From: an uncultured Clostridia bacterium
GTDB taxonomy: Bacteria > Bacillota > Clostridia > TANB77 > CAG-508
Length of the DNA: 64,000 bases
Assembly (NCBI GenBank): GCA_948676835.1
Contig: CAPOZU010000001.1
Location: 193,250-257,249 of the forward strand
Direction of reading: 5' to 3'
The notes beneath the pieces were generated by a model that was given only the letters and a program-made list of their open reading frames with translations, ran no database searches and was not told the DNA's origin. The position numbers and the translations under genes are program-made. Of this stretch, positions 9,540 through 20,000 are shown piece after piece (the first letter of the stretch is position 1; every line of letters starts with the position of its first letter).

Positions 9540-10212
9540 TTACTCCTCTAAGAACTTATATCCTACACCATAAATTGTTTTTATATATTTATCATTTTCA
9601 TCATCCAATTTTGAACGTAATCTACTAATATTTAATGTTAAAGTATGCTCATCTACAAAATTTTCTTTACTATCCCATAATTTTTCAAGTAATACTTCTC
9701 TTGTAAGCACTGTATTTTTATTTTTAACAAAAATATTTAATAAATCAAATTCAGTTGGAGTTAAACAAATAATCTCGTCATTCTTCTTAAGAATTCTATT
9801 ATCAAAATCGATAATCAGTTCTTTGATTTTGATAATATTTTCTTGTTTTTTGTTATTTCTATTTAAGATGACTTCTATCTTTTTTAATACAATTTTTATA
9901 TTAAATGGTTTTGTTATATAGTCATCTGCCCCGAACTTCAAAACCTTCTAAAATTTCTTCATCTAAGTTATGGGCTGTTAAAAATATAAATGGGATATTG
10001 TATTCTTGCTTAATTGTATTTGCAAATTCAAAACCATTTCCATCTGGTAAATTTACATCTAATAAAATTAAATCTATTTTAGTTTGTTTTATAATTTCCT
10101 TTGCATCTTTTATGCAATATGTGCTTAATGCTTTCCAATTGTTATTTTGAATATTGAAACATATTCCCGCATTTAACATTTCATCATCTTCTATAACTAA
10201 TATGCTAGACAT
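9540..10212 (-). pseudogene. OmpR-family response regulator interrupted by a +1 frameshift (receiver 9922-10212, winged-helix 9540-9941)
   Basis: Two overlapping ORFs, a receiver domain (LILLDVNLPDGNG) and an OmpR wHTH (GVGYKF). Deleting one base in the GGGG run near 9935-9945 restores EGFE-F-GADDYITKPF. Confidence 0.6.
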
Positions 10213-10224
10213 CGTTTTCTCCTT

Positions 10225-11007
10225 TTATTTAGTTTGACTTTTAAACTCAATATCTAATTCTATAGGGCAATGATCACTTCCCATTACTTCTGGGTGAATT
10301 TTAGCATCTATAATATTTTCCTTTATTCTATCAGAAGTAATAAAATAGTCTATTCTCCAGCCTATATTTTTTTCTCTAGCTCTTCCCATATATGACCACC
10401 AAGAATAACTATCTCCTTTTTCTGGATATTTATATCTGAAAGTATCTACAAAACCTGAATTTAGTAAATCAGTCATTTTACCTCTTTCTTCATATGTAAA
10501 ACCTGAATTTCCTACATTTGATTTAGCATTTTTTATATCTATTTCATTATGAGCGACATTTAAATCTCCACAATATATAACTGGTTTTATTTTATCTAAT
10601 CCTTTTAAATATTCTCGGGTTGCATCTTCCCAAACCATTCTATATGGAAGTCTTTCCAGTTCTCTTTTAGAATTTGGTGTATAACAATTTACTAAATAAT
10701 AATTTTCAAATTCTAAAGTAATTAATCTACCTTCATTATCATGTTCTTCTATTCCTAATCCATAGTTAACACTTATTGGTTCGCTTTTCGTAAAAATTGC
10801 AGTTCCTGAATATCCTTTCTTCTCTGCACTATTCCAATATTGATAATAACCTTCAAATATTGCATCCATAATCATATCTTTTTGTTCTAATTGCATTTTA
10901 GTTTCTTGTACACAAAATATATCTGCATCTATTTCATCAAAAAAATTTTTAAATCCTTTATTTACTACGGCTCTTAATCCGTTAACATTCCAAGATATAA
11001 GTTTCAT
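10225..11007 (-). CDS. xth: exodeoxyribonuclease III
   Basis: 260 aa with MKLISWNVNGLRA start and a C-terminal SDHCPIELD AP-endonuclease motif. Confidence 0.8.
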   Translation of the reverse strand: MKLISWNVNGLRAVVNKGFKNFFDEIDADIFCVQETKMQLEQKDMIMDAIFEGYYQYWNSAEKKGYSGTAIFTKSEPISVNYGLGIEEHDNEGRLITLEFENYYLVNCYTPNSKRELERLPYRMVWEDATREYLKGLDKIKPVIYCGDLNVAHNEIDIKNAKSNVGNSGFTYEERGKMTDLLNSGFVDTFRYKYPEKGDSYSWWSYMGRAREKNIGWRIDYFITSDRIKENIIDAKIHPEVMGSDHCPIELDIEFKSQTK

Positions 11008-11019
11008 ATTTCCCCCTAT

Positions 11020-11715
11020 TTATTTAGAAATTAAATCTTTAACAACTTCCCCCGCAATTATTAATCCTGCAACTGATGGAACAAAAGATATACTTGTGGG
11101 TGGTTGTTTTTTTCCCTCTTCTTTTGGTATCACTTTTACTGGCTCTTCTTTTGAATATACAACTTTCAATTTTTTTATGCCTCTTAACTTTAATTCTTTT
11201 CTCATTACTTTAGCAAGTGGACATACTTCTGTTTTATAAATATCTGTTACTTCAAATCTAGTTGGGTCTAATTTATTACCAGTTCCCATGCTTGATATAA
11301 TTGGAATATTTAATTTATTCGCACGCATTACAAGTTCAATTTTTGCTGTAACAGTATCTACTGCATCTACAATATAGTCTACTGTTTCATCTAATATTCC
11401 TTCACTTTCTGGCATAAAAAATTCTTCATGAATTTTCACTTCTGCATCTGGATTTATTTCAAGAATTCTTTCTTTGCTAACTTCAACTTTAGCTTTTCCA
11501 ACTGTTTTATGAGTAGCAATTATTTGCCTATTTAAATTAGTTATATCTACTTTGTCTTTATCAATTAGTACAAATTTTCCTACACCTGCTCTTGCTAGTC
11601 CCTCAACAACATAAGAACCAACTCCTCCAATTCCAAATATTGCTACTTTTGATTTATTTAATTTTTTAACATTTTCTTTACCAATTAATAATTCTGTTCT
11701 TGAAAATTGCTCCAT
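11020..11715 (-). CDS. tcdA: tRNA threonylcarbamoyladenosine dehydratase (ThiF/E1-like)
   Basis: GIGGVGS nucleotide-binding motif, ThiF-fold, and the typical TcdA C-terminus. Confidence 0.7.
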   Translation of the reverse strand: MEQFSRTELLIGKENVKKLNKSKVAIFGIGGVGSYVVEGLARAGVGKFVLIDKDKVDITNLNRQIIATHKTVGKAKVEVSKERILEINPDAEVKIHEEFFMPESEGILDETVDYIVDAVDTVTAKIELVMRANKLNIPIISSMGTGNKLDPTRFEVTDIYKTEVCPLAKVMRKELKLRGIKKLKVVYSKEEPVKVIPKEEGKKQPPTSISFVPSVAGLIIAGEVVKDLISK

Positions 11716-11787
11716 CTTTTTTCACCTCTAGTAATATTTATATCAAAAAAGCAGATAACTTTCAATTATCTGCTTTACATTTGTTAA

Positions 11788-11991
11788 TTAATTTGTGAAA
11801 AAGTCTAATATATTCATTCCCGCATCTGTTACTGATTTATATATTTCTGTGTATCCGCATTTAGTGCAGCTTACTGTAATAAATCTTTTATTTTGAACAT
11901 CAAATATCTTAGCAAAATTTCCTCCAGTTGCTTGGAATTGGTCTTTTTCATATTCTGCATTTCCACATTTCACACATTTCCAATCTGACAT
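11788..11991 (-). CDS. zinc-ribbon domain protein
   Basis: 67 aa with two CxxC pairs (CVKCG, CTKCG). Confidence 0.5.
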   Translation of the reverse strand: MSDWKCVKCGNAEYEKDQFQATGGNFAKIFDVQNKRFITVSCTKCGYTEIYKSVTDAGMNILDFFTN

Positions 11992-12198
11992 AATAAATCC
12001 TCCTCTATGTAATTATACTATTATTATATCAGAATTCATATTAATATTTTATTAAAATAATTTATTCTCAAGTTTATAAATATGAAAATATTATCAAAAT
12101 TGTAATATTATTGTTGATTTTTTATGTAAAATGTCTTATAATTTTGTATGCTAGTTATGATTTGTACAGCAGTAATTTTAAATATTATATAAAGGAGT

Positions 12199-13230
12199 GT
12201 GAATTTATTTTTTATGAATAGGGTAAAAAATCGTACAAAAGATGATTCAAAAACCCTAAAGATTATAAAAATTATTTTAATTATTCTAATAGTAACTATA
12301 ACTTTACTATATATTACATGTAAACCTGCTTACAAAGTTATTATAGCAGGAGAAACTATAGGATTAGTTACTAACAAAGAAATTATTACACAAGAAATCA
12401 ATGTGTATTTAAGTGAAACTAACGAAAATATAACACATCGAGAATTAAATGTTTCTCCTGAATATAAATTTCAACTTATAAGAAAAGATATAAAAACAGA
12501 TGAAACTTCTGTTTTATCAACTGTAAAAGATAATATAACTACAACTTATAAAGCTTACTCAGTAAACTTTAATGGTGAACAAAAGGCAATTATTGCAAAT
12601 CAAGAAGAGGCCAACAATTTAATAAATGAAATTAAATCTGACCTTAATGAAGAAATTGAATTAAATTTTGATATTGTTGAAGTTTATTCTGATGAATTTA
12701 ATGTATCAAGTGAAGATTCTGCAAAGCAATCTCTAAATGAAGTTAAAATAGAGAAAGTTTCAGAATATGAGAAGAAAAAAGCTGAGGAAAAAGCTGCAAA
12801 AGAAAAAGCAGAAGCCGAACGTAAAGCAAAAGAAGCAGCAGCAATCACTCCTAATACTTGGAGATTAGAAATTCCTAAAATTGGTTTAAGAGGAAATATT
12901 GCAGAAGGAACTGATGCAAATGTTTTAGAACATTTAATTGGTCATTTTTCAGAAACAGTTGCTGATGGTGGAAATGTCGGTTTAGCTGCACATAATGCTG
13001 GACATAGCGCAAATTACTTTGCTAGAATAAATAGTTTAGGAGCAGGTGATTTAATTTATTATATACATGGTGGAGTTAAGAAAACTTATTCTGTTGTTTC
13101 AAAAGATATAATAAGTGTTTACGATTGGAGCAAACTAGGTGCAACAGCAGATGAAAGAGTAACTTTAATAACATGTGTAAGCGGTGATACAGAAATAAGA
13201 TTATGTGTTCAAGCTGTAAGAGTAGATTAA
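12199..13230 (+). CDS. sortase family transpeptidase with N-terminal TM anchor and K/A/E-rich linker
   Basis: Catalytic His region (LAAHNAGHS), TLITC active-site Cys motif, conserved Arg near the C-terminus. Confidence 0.75.
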   Translation: MNLFFMNRVKNRTKDDSKTLKIIKIILIILIVTITLLYITCKPAYKVIIAGETIGLVTNKEIITQEINVYLSETNENITHRELNVSPEYKFQLIRKDIKTDETSVLSTVKDNITTTYKAYSVNFNGEQKAIIANQEEANNLINEIKSDLNEEIELNFDIVEVYSDEFNVSSEDSAKQSLNEVKIEKVSEYEKKKAEEKAAKEKAEAERKAKEAAAITPNTWRLEIPKIGLRGNIAEGTDANVLEHLIGHFSETVADGGNVGLAAHNAGHSANYFARINSLGAGDLIYYIHGGVKKTYSVVSKDIISVYDWSKLGATADERVTLITCVSGDTEIRLCVQAVRVD

Positions 13231-13240
13231 TATTAAAGAA

Positions 13241-13264
13241 GGGACTGTGAAAAGTCCCTTCTTT
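13241..13264. terminator. bidirectional hairpin between sortase (+) and XRE gene (-)
   Basis: GAAGGGACT gtgaaa AGTCCCTTC stem flanked by T-runs. Confidence 0.7.
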
Positions 13265-13269
13265 TTGGT

Positions 13270-14241
13270 TTATTCTCCATATATAATTTTATCTTTGTAT
13301 TTTTCAAGTGGGTCTTCTATTTCTCTAAGACCATTCTGTACATAATTATAATTATATGATGATAAATTATGAAATCCACGATATTCTGATGTTACATCAT
13401 AATATTCTATTAAGTAATCATTATTAAGTTTAATTTTTACAATATATTCATCTGAACGTGCTCTGATTTCACGATTTATAATAGAAACATAAATTCTTGG
13501 GTCTATAGAAGCAAGAAAAATATCTTTAAAACTTGAAGGAATTGCTGATAAGGTAGTTTCTCTTATTATGTTTTCTGACTTATCATAATATTCTTCTTCA
13601 TTATCTATATTATTCTTCATATCTTCGTATTCATACATATCTGTTTCATTATCATAGTTTAGCATATATGAGATTTTTTTATTCTTATCTATAAATTGTA
13701 TACTATATGAATCATAATTTACTTTCCCATTTTCATAATCTTGCTCGTCACTTAAAACTCCAGATGTTAGTTCTATTTTATTTCCAAATTTATAAGTATG
13801 CCAAAATGTTCGCACTACCGCATTATGCTCACTAGTATGTACAAAGCTAAGATTCATAAAATAGTTTTCTTCTGAAAAACTATTAGCTATTAAATAAAAT
13901 CTGTAAAGTACTATAAATTTATATATACAAACTAGCGAATATAGTAGTAATATTAATAAAAATACTTTTAGAATAATTTTTCCTTTATGTTTTTTATTCT
14001 TTGTTGTAACTTCTGAAATTCGTTCCATATTTTCTACATCATCATCTAACAAATATTCATAAGTTACATTAAATTTTCTAACTATTTCTTGAATTTTATC
14101 TATATCTGGTTTTGATTCATCATTCTCCCACTTAGAAACAGCTTGTCTTGATACATTAATTTCGTTTCCAAACTCTTCTTGTGAAAGACCTTCTTCTTTC
14201 CTTAATTTAATTATTTTCTCATTTAACTTCATTTGTATCAC
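13270..14241 (-). CDS. membrane-anchored XRE-family HTH regulator
   Basis: N-terminal HTH_XRE (LSQEEFGNEINVSRQAVSKWE), central TM segment, about 200-aa C-terminal extracytoplasmic domain. Confidence 0.6.
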   Translation of the reverse strand: MIQMKLNEKIIKLRKEEGLSQEEFGNEINVSRQAVSKWENDESKPDIDKIQEIVRKFNVTYEYLLDDDVENMERISEVTTKNKKHKGKIILKVFLLILLLYSLVCIYKFIVLYRFYLIANSFSEENYFMNLSFVHTSEHNAVVRTFWHTYKFGNKIELTSGVLSDEQDYENGKVNYDSYSIQFIDKNKKISYMLNYDNETDMYEYEDMKNNIDNEEEYYDKSENIIRETTLSAIPSSFKDIFLASIDPRIYVSIINREIRARSDEYIVKIKLNNDYLIEYYDVTSEYRGFHNLSSYNYNYVQNGLREIEDPLEKYKDKIIYGE

Positions 14242-14342
14242 CTTCCTTTCAATTTAATTATGACTTGCAATTCATAATTAAATTATACTAAAATTCCATG
14301 TTTTATTCTACCATTTTTACCTTGATATCTGTCAACTAGACC

Positions 14343-14654
14343 TTACATTTTAAATTTACTATATTTATTTACATCAATTTTATGTGATAATAGTTCTTGC
14401 AGATTATTTTTTCTTATTAATTCTTCTTTTTGGGATTTTGATAAGGTCTTTTTTATATGATATTCTAGTTTTGAAGCTGATACTCTATCTTCTGCTGTCC
14501 AAGCACTTTCGATTTTCTTTACACTATGATTTAAAGTGTATTTTGCACATTTTTTATTTTTAGAAAGATGCTCTTCAAATCTTCTTTCTAAATTTGTAGT
14601 TATACCTGTATATAAAGAGTTATCTTCGCATCTTAACATATAAATATAATACAT
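14343..14654 (-). CDS. GIY-YIG nuclease family protein
   Basis: YYIYMLRCEDNSLYTGITTNLERRFEEH is a canonical GIY-YIG motif. Confidence 0.7.
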   Translation of the reverse strand: MYYIYMLRCEDNSLYTGITTNLERRFEEHLSKNKKCAKYTLNHSVKKIESAWTAEDRVSASKLEYHIKKTLSKSQKEELIRKNNLQELLSHKIDVNKYSKFKM

Positions 14655-14699
14655 TTTCTTACTCCTTTTTATACAGGTATAATAACATATTTTATATTT

Positions 14700-16256
14700 T
14701 TAATCTATAATTTCTAAATTATTAATTTTAGCTGTTTGACTATCCTCAGTTGGAATTTTCAAGTTAACTGGCTCTCCTACTTTTTCAGTTACACAACCAA
14801 ATAATAGTGTAAATTCTAAGTTATCTAAATTATCTAAAGACATTTTGTTTAAGTTAAGGCCAGTTGCCCTATCTAGATTTCTAGAGAAAATAATTTTATT
14901 TTCTTTACTATTAACTCCTTTAATTTCTTCTTTAATGGCATTAATATAATTCATATCATCTATTTTTTCTCTGATTATTATTTTCCATTCATCACCTAAA
15001 GAACCATTTTCATTATAACTAAATACAATATTTTCATCATTTGCATCTATTTTTTCAACTGTAAATGTTCCACCTAAGCCACTTTTGGCAGAATATTTGC
15101 TATCTCCTACTTTTACGGGATACCATGTAGCTTTATTATACATTTCTTTCTCTTCTGACTGGCCATTTTCGTTAACATTTCTATCTTCAAAAATTCTACT
15201 TTTTACAGGAGTTACCTTTAAATTAGCACTATCATTTTCAGAACTAATTAATATTATAAAGTTTTCTTCTTGCATTATTTTATCTGTTTCTTTAATTTCT
15301 GTTTTTTCTTTCAAATTTCCGTTCTCATTTACATATATTTTCTTGCCAGCTGTACTTCCATCATAAATAATTTTTGATATAGAATTATCATTCTCATCTG
15401 TAACTAAAAAGCTAGTATATTTCATTGAATTTTCATTGTATTCTTTATATGTTATATCTTCAACTATCTTTTTAGCTGTTATATATGTTTGAAATTTAGT
15501 ATTAGCAATTTTTTCAATAATAACTTTTGTATGATCATCAATTTTTTGCTCAGATATTACAGATTCATTTTCATTTCCATTTAATTCGACTTCAGATTTT
15601 ATAGTTTTTCCTATTTTTATAGCCTCATTATCTCCATTTTCAAATCCGTGGATTGTTCCAGAAGAAATTTCATCTATTGTTATTTCTAAATTCAAATTAT
15701 TTTTATTTACATCCATTATATTTATTACTTGTGTGTATACATATTCGTTTTCAGAAATTTTATCAACATATTCATTCACATTTGTGATTTCTTTTGAATT
15801 TACAAAAACTTTTTCCCCAACCCTTAAGTCATATCCCAATCCTTCAACATATTCTATTGGTTTTGTCATCTTTTCAAAAGCTTTATTTTTAAATTTAATT
15901 TTATACTCAGCAATAATATATGCTTTGTCTCCTGCCATACTTTCTAAAGTTATGTTACAATATTCATTTTCTATTGATTTATTAACTTCTGTTCTACTAC
16001 TTTCATAATTTTCACTTAATTTTAGAAATCCCATTTTTTCCATGTTTATATTTCCACTTATTCCAGCATATGCAGTCACACTTAATGTTCCTACAATTAA
16101 TACTGTAGCTACTTTTTGTAAGCTAATTAACCCATGTTTCTTTTTAGGCTTTATTTCTTCAAAATTATCCGCAATATCACTATTTTTTAAATTTTCATGT
16201 TTTAAATAAATTGCATCTTTAAAATACTTTCTTTTTTCTTCTATATTTTTATTCAT
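14700..16256 (-). CDS. putative anti-sigma factor (DUF4179-like): cytoplasmic N-terminus, one TM, large extracellular domain
   Basis: Overlaps the upstream ECF sigma gene by 8 nt. Single TM (LIVGTLSVTAYAGI) after a roughly 45-aa cytoplasmic part. Confidence 0.5.
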   Translation of the reverse strand: MNKNIEEKRKYFKDAIYLKHENLKNSDIADNFEEIKPKKKHGLISLQKVATVLIVGTLSVTAYAGISGNINMEKMGFLKLSENYESSRTEVNKSIENEYCNITLESMAGDKAYIIAEYKIKFKNKAFEKMTKPIEYVEGLGYDLRVGEKVFVNSKEITNVNEYVDKISENEYVYTQVINIMDVNKNNLNLEITIDEISSGTIHGFENGDNEAIKIGKTIKSEVELNGNENESVISEQKIDDHTKVIIEKIANTKFQTYITAKKIVEDITYKEYNENSMKYTSFLVTDENDNSISKIIYDGSTAGKKIYVNENGNLKEKTEIKETDKIMQEENFIILISSENDSANLKVTPVKSRIFEDRNVNENGQSEEKEMYNKATWYPVKVGDSKYSAKSGLGGTFTVEKIDANDENIVFSYNENGSLGDEWKIIIREKIDDMNYINAIKEEIKGVNSKENKIIFSRNLDRATGLNLNKMSLDNLDNLEFTLLFGCVTEKVGEPVNLKIPTEDSQTAKINNLEIID

Positions 16257-16806
16257 TATAACAGTCTGCCTCCTTCATTAATATTTGTTTTAATTTTTTT
16301 CTTCCTCTATGAATTAATGTTTTTACTTGTGATAAAGACATTCCCAATATACTACAAATTTCTTTATACGATAATTCTTCTATATCAACTAAATATATTA
16401 GCTGATTTTGTGGTTCGGGTAGTCTATCTATTGCCAATTTTAATTGTTTACTTTTTTCTTTACTAAAAACAGCATCTTCTATTTCCTCTTCAGTAAAAAG
16501 ATATTCATTATCTTGCAGATATGAAATTTTACTTTCCTTTTTTATATAATTTATTGCTTTACTTTTAGAAATTGTATAAAGATAAGTTTTTAACGAATAT
16601 TTAGAATCATATTTTTCTTTATTCATAAGAATATAAACAAAAACATCTTGTGCCAAATCTTCTGCTACATCTATTCTTTTCACAAATCTATATATAAAAT
16701 AAATTATCTTTTCCATATACTTATCTACTATAAGCTCAAAAGATTCATTATCACCATTTAAAAACTTCTTATATAGTTTTTTATCTTCCTCCATTTTTTC
16801 CTCCAT
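16249..16806 (-). CDS. RNA polymerase ECF-type sigma-70 factor
   Basis: Sigma-70 region 2 (DLAQDVFVYI) and region 4 (LSYKEICSILGMSLSQVKTLIHRGRKKL). Confidence 0.75.
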   Translation of the reverse strand: MEEKMEEDKKLYKKFLNGDNESFELIVDKYMEKIIYFIYRFVKRIDVAEDLAQDVFVYILMNKEKYDSKYSLKTYLYTISKSKAINYIKKESKISYLQDNEYLFTEEEIEDAVFSKEKSKQLKLAIDRLPEPQNQLIYLVDIEELSYKEICSILGMSLSQVKTLIHRGRKKLKQILMKEADCYNE

Positions 16807-16880
16807 TTGAATATAAGATCTTATTTCTAATTATAATACAATTTTGAAATACTAAAAGTTGCAGTTTTAAAAAAAATAAA

Positions 16881-16909
16881 TGAAATTTAGGAACGTTCCT
16901 TAAATTTCA
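16881..16909. repeat. 29-bp palindrome copy C
   Basis: tgaaatttaggaacGTTCCTTAAATTTCA, upstream of the ECF sigma gene. Confidence 0.85.
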
Positions 16910-16927
16910 TTTCTACCATAAAAAACA

Positions 16928-17103
16928 CATAAAAATATTTCATATTATTTTATTATACACCTTGGTGTCGCAACTCGCTAATTGTTAATTATAAAATAAA
17001 TTTTATAATTAACAATTGTAAGATAGTTGCTCCAAATCGCACTCATTTCATTCGTTTGGTCGCTTACGCGGTGTATTTAAAAATAATATGAAATATTTTT
17101 ATG
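16928..17103. repeat. nested inverted-repeat element (34-bp outer IRs plus 18-bp perfect inner palindrome), MITE-like or structured RNA
   Basis: Left arm cataaaaatatttcatattattttattatacacc pairs with the reverse complement of ggtgtatttaaaaataatatgaaatatttttatg. Inner palindrome aattgttaattataaaat/attttataattaacaatt at 16981-17018. Confidence 0.7.
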
Positions 17104-17124
17104 AAATTACATTAAATAGTAAGA

Positions 17125-17153
17125 TAAAATTTAAGGAACGTCCCTAAATTTCA
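17125..17153. repeat. 29-bp palindrome copy D
   Basis: taaaatttaaggaacGTCCCTAAATTTCA. Its terminal TCA is the reverse-complement TGA stop of the ABC-2 permease. Confidence 0.8.
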
Positions 17154-18389
17154 TTCAACTTGATGTCTACTATAAATTTTTTTTGCTAATATTAATGAAA
17201 TAATCATTATGCAAATATAAGAAAAAATCGTCATTGTAGGTAAATCAAAAACAATACTTCCAAGCTTATAAGATACCATTTTTGTGAAATTTGAATAAAT
17301 TGCATTATATGGCATTAAAAATAGTATTTTATTTATAATTCCAAATCCAGATTTCACACTTAAAAATACTGGTAACATTACAATACAAATATCAATTACT
17401 AATGTACTTATAGGATTTTTTATTTTTGAAGATAAAAACAATGTTAACCCTACAATTCCGAAAAGTACTGCATAAGAAATAAATATATTATATATAAGTG
17501 ATTGTGCAAATGTTAAATTATATGGACTTAATATATTTAAAAGCTGTATTGGAAGATTCCCACCTTCTGTACCAAACATTAATAATACAGCCAATATTGC
17601 GAATATTAAATATATTGCAAATACTATACTAGCAAATATATATGAAGCAATTACTTTGGCTGTTGCTCCTTTACTTTTTCCATATTTAGTAGTTAGTAAT
17701 ATTTTATCTGTTCCGTTTTGATATTCTCCTGAAAAAACTGATGCTATACATATACAAACTGCAATCAATCCAATAATAAGCATTTCATAAGTACTATATA
17801 AATTCGAATATCCAAAATAAAAGTCATATTCATAAGGTATATTTACATTTTTAGATTTTTCTATCCAATATTCTTTTTCCTTTTCTGTATATGTTCTTCC
17901 TTTATAATCTTGACTTGAAACTATAAGTTCTTCTATTCTTTTTTCTCTATTTTCATAAAAATCTATTTTATTTTCTAGATTCAATTGAGATAATCCATTT
18001 AAATAATTATCTCCATATACATGATTTATATTGGTTAACAAATTAAGTCTGTTATTTAAATATTTATTATAAACATCTCTACTAAACTCTTTTTCTCCAT
18101 AACTATTTATAACAATATTATCTGGATTGTTATTCAATTCTTGCAAACTTCTTATTTCATCTACAATTCTTTCATTTGTTAGTATTCCTGAAATTTCTTT
18201 TATCTGTTCTTTTCTAAGTCTTATAGCTTCTTTTCCTTTATAAGATTTTCCACTTTCATCTGTTGCTAAAAAGTCTGTTCCTGATAAAGAAAATAATAAA
18301 ATTATTAGAAATAAACAGCTTATAATTACAACAATATTCATCTTTTTATTAAATAACTTTTTTAATTCGTATTTTACTAACTCTCCCAT
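17151..18389 (-). CDS. ABC-2 type exporter permease
   Basis: 412 aa with an N-terminal TM, a roughly 170-aa extracytoplasmic domain, and a C-terminal 5-6 TM bundle. Confidence 0.6.
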   Translation of the reverse strand: MGELVKYELKKLFNKKMNIVVIISCLFLIILLFSLSGTDFLATDESGKSYKGKEAIRLRKEQIKEISGILTNERIVDEIRSLQELNNNPDNIVINSYGEKEFSRDVYNKYLNNRLNLLTNINHVYGDNYLNGLSQLNLENKIDFYENREKRIEELIVSSQDYKGRTYTEKEKEYWIEKSKNVNIPYEYDFYFGYSNLYSTYEMLIIGLIAVCICIASVFSGEYQNGTDKILLTTKYGKSKGATAKVIASYIFASIVFAIYLIFAILAVLLMFGTEGGNLPIQLLNILSPYNLTFAQSLIYNIFISYAVLFGIVGLTLFLSSKIKNPISTLVIDICIVMLPVFLSVKSGFGIINKILFLMPYNAIYSNFTKMVSYKLGSIVFDLPTMTIFSYICIMIISLILAKKIYSRHQVE

Positions 18390-18405
18390 ATTACAAATTT
18401 CCTCC

Positions 18406-19272
18406 TCACTTTTCTTGAAAATAAGCCAAATACAAATCTTCTAAATTGGGCTCAATATTAACAGCAGTTAAGTTTGGCTTTTCATCACTTACAATTCTAA
18501 GCTCTACAACATCTTTTTCTTGATGAATATTTATAATACAGTATTCGCGATTTAAAGTATCAACCTCTTGTTTACTATAAGCTAAACATTTCCAAACTTT
18601 ACCTTGTAAGTTTTGTGTAAGTTCTTCTGGTGTTCCTGATAATATTTTTTGTCCCTCTTTCATAACAATAATTTTATCTGCAATAAATTCTATATCAGAT
18701 ACAATATGAGTAGATAATATAACAATTTTATCTTTTGAAAAGCTACTTATTAGATTTCTAAATTTTACTCTCTCTTTAGGATCAAGCCCTGTAGTTGGCT
18801 CATCTAATATTAGTATTTTAGGATTGTTAAGCATTGCTTGTGCAATTCCTAATCTTTGTTTCATTCCACCTGAAAATGTTTTTACTTTTTGTTTTCTTTC
18901 TTTTTCTAAATTTACAATCTGTAATAATTCATTTACTCTTGATTCAGCTTTTTGTTTTGATAGACCTTTTAGAGCTGATATATACATTAAAAAGTCATAG
19001 GCTGTAAAATCCGGATAATATCCAAAATCTTGTGGCAAGTATCCAATAAGAGCTCTATAATCTTCCCCTAATTTTTGAATATTTTTTCCATTATATTTAA
19101 TTTGACCTGATGTAGGCTTTTGAATATCACAAATCATCCTCATAAGTGTTGTTTTTCCAGCTCCATTTGCTCCAAGTAATCCATAAATACCTTCATTTAA
19201 TTTAGCTTCGAATCTATCTACTGCTATTTTATTTTTATATTGTTTAGTTAACCTATCTATTGTAAGTTCCAT
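18406..19272 (-). CDS. ABC transporter ATP-binding protein
   Basis: GANGAGKTT Walker A, FSGGMKQRLGIAQA signature, ILILDEPTTGLD Walker B. Confidence 0.85.
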   Translation of the reverse strand: MELTIDRLTKQYKNKIAVDRFEAKLNEGIYGLLGANGAGKTTLMRMICDIQKPTSGQIKYNGKNIQKLGEDYRALIGYLPQDFGYYPDFTAYDFLMYISALKGLSKQKAESRVNELLQIVNLEKERKQKVKTFSGGMKQRLGIAQAMLNNPKILILDEPTTGLDPKERVKFRNLISSFSKDKIVILSTHIVSDIEFIADKIIVMKEGQKILSGTPEELTQNLQGKVWKCLAYSKQEVDTLNREYCIINIHQEKDVVELRIVSDEKPNLTAVNIEPNLEDLYLAYFQEK

Positions 19273-20000
19273 ATGAAATCTTCCTCCTTTTCACATATTT
19301 CATAAACATTTTTTACAAAATAATATATAGCTATTATTAATAAACCTGCCCATATTAAAGTATTTGAGGTTTCATAAACATAAGGAAATTTTATATCAAT
19401 TATTAATAATATCGCATTCACAAAAAGCATAACAATAAAGTTTATTAATTCATTTGATTTGTGCTTTTGTAATCGAATTATTCCAATATTAATAGTATTT
19501 GTTATCATAAGTGGCACTAAAAAATATAAAATTAACAAGGAAATTGAATATTTAAAATAACTTCCAGCTATAATTGCAAATATAGTCATAATACATAAAT
19601 TTACAAATGCATATATTATCAATTTAATCAAAATTAACTCTTTTAAATTCAATTTACAACTTATTTCAATTTCATACATATTATATTTAAAGCTTTTTTC
19701 TAATTCTATGATTTGAAGAAGTGCAAGTATTGGCATGACTGTTGATAGTATTAATCTTGTTTTTTCAAATTCGGTAGAAGTTATTATATTTATTCCTAAT
19801 ATTAACAATATAAATTGAAAAATAATTATTTTTTTACTTAGGAATGGAATATATCTTTTTACTTTTTCAAAATAATTTTCTTTTACTTGTATATCAATTT
19901 TCTCTATTTCAATTTTTAGATTTTCTATTGCGTCATTTTTCTTTTCCTCATCTATTTGAATTGATTTATTTTCATAAAAAAAACTTTTCAAATCTTTCAT
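19257..20000 (-). CDS. polytopic membrane protein, putative anti-sigma factor translationally coupled to the sigma gene
   Basis: ATGA overlap with the sigma gene stop. Roughly 55-aa cytoplasmic N-terminus then about 6 TM helices. Confidence 0.4.
   Translation of the reverse strand: MKDLKSFFYENKSIQIDEEKKNDAIENLKIEIEKIDIQVKENYFEKVKRYIPFLSKKIIIFQFILLILGINIITSTEFEKTRLILSTVMPILALLQIIELEKSFKYNMYEIEISCKLNLKELILIKLIIYAFVNLCIMTIFAIIAGSYFKYSISLLILYFLVPLMITNTINIGIIRLQKHKSNELINFIVMLFVNAILLIIDIKFPYVYETSNTLIWAGLLIIAIYYFVKNVYEICEKEEDFIWNLQ

Noticed and set aside
12760-12850. KAEEKAAKEKAEAERKAKEAAA repeat in the sortase gene as a separate repeat feature
   Set aside because: It is a low-complexity linker within a single ORF, typical of anchored surface enzymes.
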